DNA of 64,000 nt from an uncultured Saprospiraceae bacterium (lineage in GTDB: Bacteria > Bacteroidota > Bacteroidia > Chitinophagales > Saprospiraceae): the NCBI GenBank assembly GCA_964428345.1, contig CAYRYD010000014.1:28514-92513 (forward strand), in the 5' to 3' direction. Under the pieces are notes generated by a model. It worked only from the letters and a program-made list of their open reading frames with translations, made no database searches and was not told the origin of the DNA. Below, piece by piece: positions 37,216 to 46,774 of this stretch. Both the position numbers and the translations under genes were made by a program. Numbering within the stretch: the first letter of the stretch is position 1; each line of letters opens with the position of its first letter.

Positions 37216-37223
37216 TAATTTTG
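37216..37223 (+). promoter_or_regulatory. candidate -7 box TAATTTTG upstream of tamB
   Basis: Exact TAnnTTTG match 49 nt upstream of the ATG at 37273. No -33 element seen. Confidence 0.25.
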
Positions 37224-37272
37224 CTTACTTTCAGGGAAAGGAGGTAGATCACAGCGATTACGGAAGGTCACT

Positions 37273-40200
37273 ATGAAGGCAGGAAAAATTACGAAGATAG
37301 GTCTCGTTATAGTTGCATCCCTGCTGGCCATTCTTCTTGCTTTGTTCCTGCTGATCCAGTTTTCTGCAGTCCAGACTTTGGTTGTCCGATATATTGCCGA
37401 TAACCTCTCGGCCACTTTGGGCACCACGGTCCGGGTTGAAAAGGTCCGGCTAAAATTTTTTAAGACAGTATCCCTGAAAAATGTCTACATCGAAGACCTC
37501 CAGGGCGACACTTTACTATATGCCGGTCAGATCGATGGCAGCATCGGGTTATTCAGTCTCCTGGGCAAAAAATTAACCTTCGATGAAATTTCGCTGGCTG
37601 ACATTTATTTTCAGTTAAAAAGAAAACAAAACGAACCCCAATTCAACCTTCAGTCTATCATTGATCATTTTTCATCCGGCGAGCCTTCCGGGGGAAAACC
37701 CTGGGCATTCAACCTCGAAAAACTAAAAATCACCGACAGTAAGTTGCTGATCGAAGATCAATTTTCTGGTCAGATGATTGCTTCCGATATCGGATCGCTG
37801 GGATTATATCTTGACCGGTTTAGTCCTTCTGAAAAACTGATAGCTATCCGCCAGCTTGGTCTGGGAGATTCCAGAGTGATGATCCGTCAAACCCGTGCCG
37901 GTGAACGCTCAACGGAGGTTGATACTGCTACCGGATTTATCTTTCCCAACACCGGATGGACATTTTCGGCCGAACAGATACGGCTGGATGAAAATGAATT
38001 TATGTATAAGGTTGGAAATCCGGAAAAGCCCACTCATCTGAATTTTCAGAACCTTCAAATGGAGGAGATCTCCTTTTTTGCCGATAACTTTTCCTGGTCT
38101 GAAAATGATTTCCGAGCCACCATTACCCGGTCGACGTTCAGGGATCACAGCGGGTTCATTCTGGAAAATCTTTCGGGTGATTTTGTCGCCAGTCCACATG
38201 ACGTCAGTCTGGTCAAACTGGAACTAAAAACTCCCCATAGCCACATAAATCAGCAAACACATATTACGCTATCCGATTTGAGTAAAGCCCGTTATTTTAC
38301 TGACAGCGTTCATCTTACCGCCAAATTTAATGATGCCATAGTCGATTATCAGGATCTAAGATTAATAATACCTGATTTTACACAAATTGCCTTTCTCAAC
38401 ACCCACCTGCAGGAAAAGATACATCTCACGGGCACCTTAGAGGGTTATGTCAATAATCTGGATTTCAAACAAATTCAGGTCCGGGCTGGAAATCTCGTGT
38501 ATATCCATTTGAATGGATCATTGATTAATATCACCAGACCAGGGGCCATCCGTTTTTCACTGGCACTCAACCAACTAAATACCTCGTACAATTCGATCCG
38601 GCAACTGACCAGAAACATCCCGGTATCACCCGGACTGGCTTACTGGCAAGACTTTAAATTGTCCGGGCAATTCCGGGGGAATTTCAATAATATTTCAGGT
38701 AGCCAGGTAAAGCTGGAAACCGGTAGTGTAACCCGGTTTGATGGCGATTTTGACATTAAGGGTCTCTCCTACCCTGAAACCGCTTTTTTTGATATTACCG
38801 TTCGGGATCTGCGCAGCATTGCAGAAGACCTCAAGGGTTTTAGTGCAAATCCACTACCTGCAGCACTCGACAGTCTTGGACAATTTTATTACGCCGGCAC
38901 TTTTCAGGGTACCATTCACGATTTTCGGCTGAATGGTCAGCTTGCCTCGGATGCAGGCCGGCTGCGTACCGATATCAAAATGAACTTTGACTCAAACTAT
39001 ACGGATGCCAGCTACAGCGGTGACCTGGCACTGGATTCATTCAATCTGGGCAAAGTGTTGAGTATGCCAGACCTCGGATATCTCACCATGGATATCAATG
39101 TCTTTGGCAATGGATTAAAAAGTGATGTGCTGAGAGCCACGGTTCTGGGAGAAGTGGAAGATCTTGAATTTCGGGGATATCACTACCATGATTTGCTCAT
39201 CGACGGCCGTTTTGACAAGCGGCAATTTGCCGGTCATGCTTCCATCGATGATCCGAACGTGGCCTTTGATTTTGAAGGTCTGGTACATCTCGACGACTCG
39301 TCTTCAAGATTCAGATTCCGGGCCGTTGTAGATACCATTGATTTTAATGCCTTACAATTTCTGCCGATGAAATTGGGTATGAAGGGCTATCTGGAAGCCG
39401 ATTTCAGCGGTTCATCACCAGATGATGTCAAAGGGATGATTCTGGGTACCCGGCTCCAATTCTCCAATCTCACCGACCGTTATCAGCTGGATTCATTTTT
39501 ATTATTATCCGATTTTAGTCAGCAAAACGAGCGCAGACTCGAGATTCAGTCTGATCTGGCAGCGGGAATCCTTCAGGGAGAATTTAGCCTGGAAGGTCTC
39601 TCCCGATATTTCTCCTCTTATACCAACAAGTATTTTCCAATCAGACTGGAAGATATAACCCTGGACACGTTTTTGACCGAAGGCGATTCCCTGGTTGCCG
39701 TCCCGCTTCAGCAGGACTTTACCTTTGACATCAACCTTTATCATATCGACAGATTGTTGGGTTTAGCCATATCCGCCATTGAAAAAATGGACACCATCCA
39801 ATTGAATGGGCAAATAAAGAGCCGCCAAAATTACCTTCAAATTAATGGGTATGCCCATCAAATCATCTATAATGGAATGTCTTTTGGTCCGTTAACCATC
39901 CTGTCGCAGGGAGATGAACACCATTTTAACAATGCACTCACCATCAACAATGCCCATATTGCCAAAGGTGTTGAGTTCCCCTCCATTCATCTGGATGCTA
40001 CACTGGTTAATGACAGCATGTATCTGGGATTACTGCTGGAGGACCAATACGATACCATCCTGAAAAAATTAGACCTGGCTGCACTGATGACCGCCGAAGA
40101 TGCCCAATACAAACTGCAGCTAAATAATAATATGGTACTCAATGGCAGAGACTGGCAGGTCACCCCGCATCATCAGATCACCTTGAAGAACGGTAAATTT

Positions 40201-42270
40201 TTCATCGAAAATCTCGAACTCCGGCACGACGATCAGCTTCTCAAAGTGGCCAGCCGGGAGATTCAACCATCCGATGATTTTTTATCAGCCTTTTCCTTTG
40301 ATTTTGAAAATTTCCACCTCAGTGAAATCAGCCAGTTGCTGGATGTGAAGGATGCTTTCTACACCGGAGAAGTCAATGGAAATTTTACCTTGAGAAACAT
40401 GGAAAAGACCGTCAACTATCTGGCAGATCTGACACTGAATGATCTGACCTTACGCAATGAACGCATCGGAGATTTAGTCATTAAGTCGCAGCAACGCACC
40501 AGTGACATCATCGATGTCCTGGTGCGACTAGACGAAGGCATCGGTGCCCTGGATGTCCGGGGTACTTACAACCGTCTAAACAGTGAAATTGATATTCAGG
40601 GTGAAATAGACCAACTGGAGTTGAAAAATCTGGATCCCTTCTTAAAGAAATATCTGACCGGCAGCAAAGGAAAGATTTCCGGAACGGTCCGCCTGGGAGG
40701 TACTTCCGGTGTACCAATCATTGATGGGAATCTTGAGCTGGAAAAAGTATCAACCCTGATCAACTACCTGCAGGCCAGATACACTTTTGTCAATGAAGAT
40801 ATCGCCGTCCGGCAGAATAAAATGACTTTCCGAAATTTCACCATCCTGGATGAAACTGGTAACCAGGCTACCATTAATGGTGTGGCCGATTTTAAATCCA
40901 TCACTGATCCAACGCTTGATCTGAAATTCAACACTTCCCGGTTTTTAGTGCTTAATACACCCGCCAATTCCACAGACTTTTATTATGGAAAGTTATTGGT
41001 GGATGCGGATGTTGAAATGACCGGCAGACTGAGCACACCCATTTTACAAGTCAATGCCAAAACTCTTGACGGCACGGATTTTGTACTTCAACCACTGGTA
41101 TCGCAGGCCAGGGTTCAGCAGGAAGATTTTATCATTTTTGCCAATCCGGAAGATTATCAATATGACACTACCATATCATTACAAGACTTTTATAAGATTT
41201 CCGGGTACAATTTTGATGTTTCGGCAAATATCGAAGCTACGCCGGACGCCCAACTGACGATTGTCATCGATCCGGGTACCGGTGACAAACTGGTCTGCCG
41301 GGGAACTGGTAACCTCGCTATTGATATTTCCCCGGATGGAGATCCGAAAATACTGGGCAATTACATTATTTCCAATGGGCAATATGCCTTTAATTTCCAA
41401 CGGGTATTAAAACGAACATTTGAAATTGAACCTGGTAGCCGGGTAGATTTTGTCGGTGATATTTTTAAATCCAAATTCGATATCTCTGCCTCTTACCATG
41501 TACAGACATCAACCTACGAACTGATTAAAAATCAAAGCACCCTCAATCCTACCGAAGAAACCCGGTCCAGACAGCGATCGGATGTTGCCGTACAATTGTA
41601 CCTCACGGGCACCCTGGAACGGCCGGTGGCAAAATTTGATATCACCATCGAAGACAAATCGGGCAATGGATTAACCAGTACGGTTGCCAGTAAGTTAGCC
41701 CAGCTGCGTGAAGATGAATCCAGTATGAACAAGCAGGTTTTCGGCCTCTTAATCTTCAATAGTTTTATTGCCGAACAGCAAACGACCAGTGCCTCCCTCC
41801 TTGCTGATGCCAGTCAATCAGTGATTTTATCCAGCGTCAGCAACCTGCTCACCAATGAGCTCAACAGGCTGGCCAAGCGATACATCAAAGGGATTGATTT
41901 GGATTTTGGAGTTGCATCCTACAGTGGCAGATTTGAGGAAGGAAGTGGAGTCATTACCGAGTTGAAAGTTGGTTTGAGTAAAAGATTACTCAATGACCGG
42001 TTGAAAATCAAACTTGGAGGGAACGTTCAATTTCAAAATAACGAGGATATCAGTCTGGTTAACAATCAAAATTCTACTTTTTCAGGAGACTTCGTGCTTG
42101 AATACCAACTGACACCCGATGGAAATTACAATCTGCGTTTCTTTCAGGTGCTTTCAAATGAAGAAAACTTCTTTAACCCGGGAGCCAATTACTCGGAAAC
42201 CGGTGCTTCCATCTTCTTTACCAAATCATTTAACAGCAAAAAATACCAACTCCAGCTTGATGAACAATAA
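37273..42270 (+). CDS. tamB: translocation and assembly module protein TamB (DUF490 family)
   Basis: 1665-aa ORF with a single N-terminal TM anchor (IGLVIVASLLAILLALFLLIQF) and a long beta-rich body. The C-terminal region resembles DUF490. It is immediately followed by, and overlaps, an Omp85 gene. Confidence 0.88.
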   Translation: MKAGKITKIGLVIVASLLAILLALFLLIQFSAVQTLVVRYIADNLSATLGTTVRVEKVRLKFFKTVSLKNVYIEDLQGDTLLYAGQIDGSIGLFSLLGKKLTFDEISLADIYFQLKRKQNEPQFNLQSIIDHFSSGEPSGGKPWAFNLEKLKITDSKLLIEDQFSGQMIASDIGSLGLYLDRFSPSEKLIAIRQLGLGDSRVMIRQTRAGERSTEVDTATGFIFPNTGWTFSAEQIRLDENEFMYKVGNPEKPTHLNFQNLQMEEISFFADNFSWSENDFRATITRSTFRDHSGFILENLSGDFVASPHDVSLVKLELKTPHSHINQQTHITLSDLSKARYFTDSVHLTAKFNDAIVDYQDLRLIIPDFTQIAFLNTHLQEKIHLTGTLEGYVNNLDFKQIQVRAGNLVYIHLNGSLINITRPGAIRFSLALNQLNTSYNSIRQLTRNIPVSPGLAYWQDFKLSGQFRGNFNNISGSQVKLETGSVTRFDGDFDIKGLSYPETAFFDITVRDLRSIAEDLKGFSANPLPAALDSLGQFYYAGTFQGTIHDFRLNGQLASDAGRLRTDIKMNFDSNYTDASYSGDLALDSFNLGKVLSMPDLGYLTMDINVFGNGLKSDVLRATVLGEVEDLEFRGYHYHDLLIDGRFDKRQFAGHASIDDPNVAFDFEGLVHLDDSSSRFRFRAVVDTIDFNALQFLPMKLGMKGYLEADFSGSSPDDVKGMILGTRLQFSNLTDRYQLDSFLLLSDFSQQNERRLEIQSDLAAGILQGEFSLEGLSRYFSSYTNKYFPIRLEDITLDTFLTEGDSLVAVPLQQDFTFDINLYHIDRLLGLAISAIEKMDTIQLNGQIKSRQNYLQINGYAHQIIYNGMSFGPLTILSQGDEHHFNNALTINNAHIAKGVEFPSIHLDATLVNDSMYLGLLLEDQYDTILKKLDLAALMTAEDAQYKLQLNNNMVLNGRDWQVTPHHQITLKNGKFFIENLELRHDDQLLKVASREIQPSDDFLSAFSFDFENFHLSEISQLLDVKDAFYTGEVNGNFTLRNMEKTVNYLADLTLNDLTLRNERIGDLVIKSQQRTSDIIDVLVRLDEGIGALDVRGTYNRLNSEIDIQGEIDQLELKNLDPFLKKYLTGSKGKISGTVRLGGTSGVPIIDGNLELEKVSTLINYLQARYTFVNEDIAVRQNKMTFRNFTILDETGNQATINGVADFKSITDPTLDLKFNTSRFLVLNTPANSTDFYYGKLLVDADVEMTGRLSTPILQVNAKTLDGTDFVLQPLVSQARVQQEDFIIFANPEDYQYDTTISLQDFYKISGYNFDVSANIEATPDAQLTIVIDPGTGDKLVCRGTGNLAIDISPDGDPKILGNYIISNGQYAFNFQRVLKRTFEIEPGSRVDFVGDIFKSKFDISASYHVQTSTYELIKNQSTLNPTEETRSRQRSDVAVQLYLTGTLERPVAKFDITIEDKSGNGLTSTVASKLAQLREDESSMNKQVFGLLIFNSFIAEQQTTSASLLADASQSVILSSVSNLLTNELNRLAKRYIKGIDLDFGVASYSGRFEEGSGVITELKVGLSKRLLNDRLKIKLGGNVQFQNNEDISLVNNQNSTFSGDFVLEYQLTPDGNYNLRFFQVLSNEENFFNPGANYSETGASIFFTKSFNSKKYQLQLDEQ

Positions 42271-44608
42271 TGAGGGCAGGCAATTGATAGGATCATCCCC
42301 TGGTGCATGGTTACCGGGTCTGGTGTTCCTGTTCCTGACCAGTGTGGGTTGTGGAGTCGGCAAACACCTGGAAAAAGATCAAAAACTCTATCACGACACC
42401 CACATCGTTTTTGAAGAAGAAGCCCGGATCGTCCATAAGAAACAATTGAAATATGAACTGGACGATCTCTCCGAACCCAAACCCAATTCCAGATTATGGT
42501 TGTGGGTCTATTATAATTTTGGTAATCCGGATAAAGAAGGTGGATTTGGTAATTTTATCAAACGAAGGTTTGGTCAGGCGCCCGTGTTTTACGATCAGGC
42601 TGAAGTGGACCGCAATGTGCTGGCCCTGAAGAAATACCTGATCGATGAAGGATACTTCAGTTCTTCGGTTCAATTTGACACCAGTCAGAGCGGAAAAAAT
42701 GTGGATGTCACCTACCGGATCAACACCTCCGGGCGGCATCAGATCCGTAATATCACGTTACCCGTCGACAGTTCGAATATTGCCGGAATCATCAGAGATG
42801 TTAACGATCATTCCTATTTAAAATCCGGTGATTATTACGCGCTCTCGAAGTTTGTTAATGAACGGAACAGAATTGCCGTCGAAGCTCGCAACCGGGGTTA
42901 TTTTGATTTCACAGATGATAAGATATTCTATTTCGTGGATACCAATGCGGTAAAAGATCCCGAACAACCGCTTTCCGACATCTGGTTACAGATAAAAAAA
43001 CCCGAAAATACCGATGACTATACCAGGTACTATATTGGCGCAACCCATATTTATCCAAATTACGATCTGGCCAGAGCTGCCTCCATCCGGATTGTCGATA
43101 GTATCCGTTATAAGGACCTGGTGATCTACCGAAACAAACAGATAATCAACCCCTCTACCCTGAGAAGATCCATTACGCAACGGCAAGGGGATGTTTTTTC
43201 GGAAGAACGCCAGATTGCCACCAGCAATCATCTGCTCGATCTTGGCATTTACAAATTTGTCAATCTGAAATACCGGGTGAGACCGGCAGGTGATACCAGC
43301 TTTCTGGACCGGTACATTTACCTGACTCCGGGCAAGGTACAGAATGTCGGTGCGGCACTGGAAACGACCACAAGAGCGGGTGCCTATGGCATTTCGGTAC
43401 GGGGTAGTTATTCGCACAACAACATCTTTGGTGGTGCTGAGCGGCTCGACCTCAGTGTTTCAACCGGTTTTGAGAGAGGGGGAAAAATTGCCATCACCGA
43501 CGATACTTTAAACAATAATCTAAAGGAAATCACAGCAAGAGCTGATCTTTCTTTTCCCCGGTTTATTTTACCGTTTATCAAAATAAACAGCAATTCAACT
43601 TTTCATGTACCCAGAACCCGCATGGGTGTATTGGCAAATTATCAGGACCGCCCGGAATTATTTACTTTGTACAACTATCGGTTTACATTTGGATATGATT
43701 GGGATGAAACCAGGCGAAAGCGCCACCAGCTTAACCTCCTCTCTATTAATACCGTACGGATCGCCAGAAAATCCGAAAGCTTCAATAATTTTCTCGAACA
43801 AAATCCCCTTTTAAAACGAAGTTTTGCCAATTTATTTATTATTGGATCGACTTATACATACACCTTGACCAATCAGGAAATCAATCGCCCGGATAATTAT
43901 TTTTTCTTCCTCGCCCAACTGGAAGCCTCCGGCAATACAGCTTATCTGGGGTCTCTTCTTTTTCACGAAAAAAGCAGTGAACCCTTCACTCTCTTTAAAA
44001 AAGAATTTTCCCAATACACCAAACTGGATTTTGACTTTCGCTACAACTGGTTGGGCAGAAAGGCCAATCTGGTGACGAAATTTTCCGGAGGAATCGGTCT
44101 TGCTTATCTTAATTCCGTTTCGTTACCCATCATCAAGCAGTACTTTGCCGGTGGTGCCAACAGCATGCGTGGTTTTCCCATCAGAGGACTATTGGGAAGC
44201 AGTGCGACCGATGGAGGTTCTGAAATAGCCCAATCATCTTTTGACCACACGGGTGATCTGAAAATAGAGTGGAATATTGAATACCGTTTTGATTTATTGA
44301 GGGAGTTGTACCTCAAAGGAGCGGTATTTGCCGATATTGGTAATGTCTGGAAAGTAAACGGCAGAAACCTTGAACCCAACAAGAGCAAACTTTTTGCGGC
44401 AGACCGGTTTTTATCAGAACTGGCTGTCGCTGGTGGGATTGGCGTCCGGTTAGATATCCAGTATCTGGTATTACGGCTTGACCTGGGCCTTCCACTCAGG
44501 AAACCTTTCCTTGATCCCGGTGACCGCTGGACATTTAACCAGGTTGGTACCCGGGGTTGGATACGGGACAACCTGGTCTATAACTTCGCTCTGGGATATC
44601 CTTTTTAA
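42260..44608 (+). CDS. Omp85/BamA-family outer-membrane protein, lipoprotein TamL-type partner of TamB
   Basis: I place the start at the ATG at 42260 (MNNNEGRQ...), overlapping the tamB end by 11 nt. Lipobox LFLTSVGC. The C-terminal surface-antigen beta-barrel has FAGGANSMRGF and ends in an aromatic residue (...ALGYPF). Confidence 0.85.
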   Translation: MNNNEGRQLIGSSPGAWLPGLVFLFLTSVGCGVGKHLEKDQKLYHDTHIVFEEEARIVHKKQLKYELDDLSEPKPNSRLWLWVYYNFGNPDKEGGFGNFIKRRFGQAPVFYDQAEVDRNVLALKKYLIDEGYFSSSVQFDTSQSGKNVDVTYRINTSGRHQIRNITLPVDSSNIAGIIRDVNDHSYLKSGDYYALSKFVNERNRIAVEARNRGYFDFTDDKIFYFVDTNAVKDPEQPLSDIWLQIKKPENTDDYTRYYIGATHIYPNYDLARAASIRIVDSIRYKDLVIYRNKQIINPSTLRRSITQRQGDVFSEERQIATSNHLLDLGIYKFVNLKYRVRPAGDTSFLDRYIYLTPGKVQNVGAALETTTRAGAYGISVRGSYSHNNIFGGAERLDLSVSTGFERGGKIAITDDTLNNNLKEITARADLSFPRFILPFIKINSNSTFHVPRTRMGVLANYQDRPELFTLYNYRFTFGYDWDETRRKRHQLNLLSINTVRIARKSESFNNFLEQNPLLKRSFANLFIIGSTYTYTLTNQEINRPDNYFFFLAQLEASGNTAYLGSLLFHEKSSEPFTLFKKEFSQYTKLDFDFRYNWLGRKANLVTKFSGGIGLAYLNSVSLPIIKQYFAGGANSMRGFPIRGLLGSSATDGGSEIAQSSFDHTGDLKIEWNIEYRFDLLRELYLKGAVFADIGNVWKVNGRNLEPNKSKLFAADRFLSELAVAGGIGVRLDIQYLVLRLDLGLPLRKPFLDPGDRWTFNQVGTRGWIRDNLVYNFALGYPF

Positions 44609-44706
44609 ACGTCGCTCAATTGCTGTCTACCAAAAAGAGCCTGGGTTCTTCAGATTTTTCAACATTCGAGGGTATTCAGATAATCACCCGGTATATCAAC
44701 ACAATT

Positions 44707-46644
44707 TTAATCCGGGATAAAGCCGGGAATCTGAATTTCATATTTTACTCCTCTACCGGGTTGAGTCGTCAAGAGAAGCGACCCTCCCAAACGATCGACT
44801 CTCCCTTCAATACCCTGGATACCCAATCCCTTTTTCCACCGCACCTGTTCCGGATCAAAGCCTAACCCGTCGTCAGCTGCACGGATTCTTATCTGGCCAT
44901 CATCCATTTCGATGGAAAGATCAAATCTCGAACACCGGGCATACTTGACGGTGTTGTGCAAAATCTCCTGGATGATCCGGTAAATTCCGATGGATTGCCG
45001 GTCGGAAATCTCCAATTCATCGACAGGAGCTGTAAAATGGAAGTCGATTCTGGTACTTTGGGCATAGGTATCGATTAAATCGGAGATCGCCGCAATCAGA
45101 CCGATTTTGATCAGCGCTCCCGGCATCATATCGTGCGCAATTCTCCTGACTTCCTGACAAGCTTCATCAATCAGCTTTTCCGATTGATGCAGGGATGACG
45201 AGTTAGTCTGATCCGGATTACTACCCAGCATATGCCGTATACGGACTTGTACCGTTGACAACAGGCCACCCAGTCCGTCATGCAGATCCTGAGCTATTCT
45301 CTTGCGCTCATCTTCCTGACCTTGCAGCAGGTGATCCAGGGCGATGATTTGTTGTTGTTTCTTGAGATTCTCAATCTGTTCATGTTGAAGGGCTACCTGA
45401 TCCTGCATTCTGATTGCTTTTTGCCGTTGCCGGTAGAGAAAAAAGGCGCCCAACGCCAGAAGCCCCAGGACAATACCGAAATAAAGGTTTCTTTGGCCGG
45501 TGCGACGGGTGATCTCCAGCTCCTGACTGGCCAGCCGGGCATCCTTGGCTGCCAATTGATAGCGGGCCTCCAACTCCTGCAGTTGATGGTTGCTTTGAGC
45601 AAAGACCAAAGAGTCTCTGACCGCCATGAATTGCTCATGATATTCCAAAGCCCTTTCCAGATCACCCTCCGCTTTATGAATGGTATACAAACGTTCAAAG
45701 ATCTGGGCTGTACCTTGTAAATTGGGAAACTCATCCAACAAACGAAGACAGGTATCGGCTGCCGCTCTTGCTTCAGGATAATTACCGGTGCGATAATTAA
45801 AATGGGAAAGTTGACGATAATAGTTGGTGAGAATAGCCGGGGAATAAATCGAATTCAATATTGCTTTGCCTTCGTGCAGATAGGATTGAATGGCTTGAGC
45901 ATCCAGCGTATCCATGGCCAGTAAATAGGCTGCCAGATTAGTCAGAGCAAGTGCTTCATACTCTTTATCACCGGCCAGTTTGTAATAGTCGGCCGCTTTT
46001 TCACCATAAGCAACTGCTTGATCATAGGCCTTTAATGCTTCGTGATTGGTGGCAAAATTATTGTTGATGTCTCCCAGTAAAGCCGGATTATCGATCTGTT
46101 CGGCCAGCCGTAATCCCTCTTCCAGGGTGAGCAATGCCTGCTGGATCCTTCCTGCCGAATTGTAAGCGGCTCCCAGATTATTCAAGATCCTGGTCTGCGA
46201 GAATGTGTCCTGATTAAGGATCGAAAAATCCAGAGCCGTGTGGTAAAACTGAATGGCATTTTCAATTTGTCCTCTGAAATTATCAATATTACCCAGACTG
46301 ACATTGGTCAGCGTGAGTCCTTTATAATCCTCCTCGATTTCAAACTGGTCTGTGGCTGCTGTCAGGTAATGCACCGCCGAGTCAAACTGGCCGTTTCCCA
46401 TGAAATGTATCCCGATCTCGTACAAAGCATAGGCCGATCGCCCGACAGAATCCATTTCGACTGCCGACCGGTGCATTTCTTTATAGACGGCCAACGCTGA
46501 ATCGGGATTGCTCTTGCTAAGAACCTGGGCATAATCGGATAACTCCTGCAAGGTTTTTGGGGTTTGAGCGGTAGCAAAAGCAAGGGTAATCAGCGATAAT
46601 AATGTGATTGCGGACCAAATTTTTATGACTAAGCCGGCTTTCAT
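44707..46644 (-). CDS. TPR-repeat sensor histidine kinase (HisKA_3 + HATPase_c)
   Basis: 645-aa ORF with a signal sequence, about 330 aa of TPR repeats and one TM helix (LYFGIVLGLLALGAFFLY). A coiled coil follows, then the H-box ERKRIAQDLHDGLGG and the ATPase motifs DDGLGF and GLGIQGIEGR. Confidence 0.88.
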   Translation of the reverse strand: MKAGLVIKIWSAITLLSLITLAFATAQTPKTLQELSDYAQVLSKSNPDSALAVYKEMHRSAVEMDSVGRSAYALYEIGIHFMGNGQFDSAVHYLTAATDQFEIEEDYKGLTLTNVSLGNIDNFRGQIENAIQFYHTALDFSILNQDTFSQTRILNNLGAAYNSAGRIQQALLTLEEGLRLAEQIDNPALLGDINNNFATNHEALKAYDQAVAYGEKAADYYKLAGDKEYEALALTNLAAYLLAMDTLDAQAIQSYLHEGKAILNSIYSPAILTNYYRQLSHFNYRTGNYPEARAAADTCLRLLDEFPNLQGTAQIFERLYTIHKAEGDLERALEYHEQFMAVRDSLVFAQSNHQLQELEARYQLAAKDARLASQELEITRRTGQRNLYFGIVLGLLALGAFFLYRQRQKAIRMQDQVALQHEQIENLKKQQQIIALDHLLQGQEDERKRIAQDLHDGLGGLLSTVQVRIRHMLGSNPDQTNSSSLHQSEKLIDEACQEVRRIAHDMMPGALIKIGLIAAISDLIDTYAQSTRIDFHFTAPVDELEISDRQSIGIYRIIQEILHNTVKYARCSRFDLSIEMDDGQIRIRAADDGLGFDPEQVRWKKGLGIQGIEGRVDRLGGSLLLTTQPGRGVKYEIQIPGFIPD

Positions 46645-46774
46645 GGCTGACAGGATTCCGAATGATCAGACAGATCCCGGTAAATTAAACCGGATCTTTA
46701 ATTAGGGACACCTCTAAAATTAATCATTCCTTCGCCAAAACCATCACTAAAAGGGGACTGCCATCCCAAAAAAC

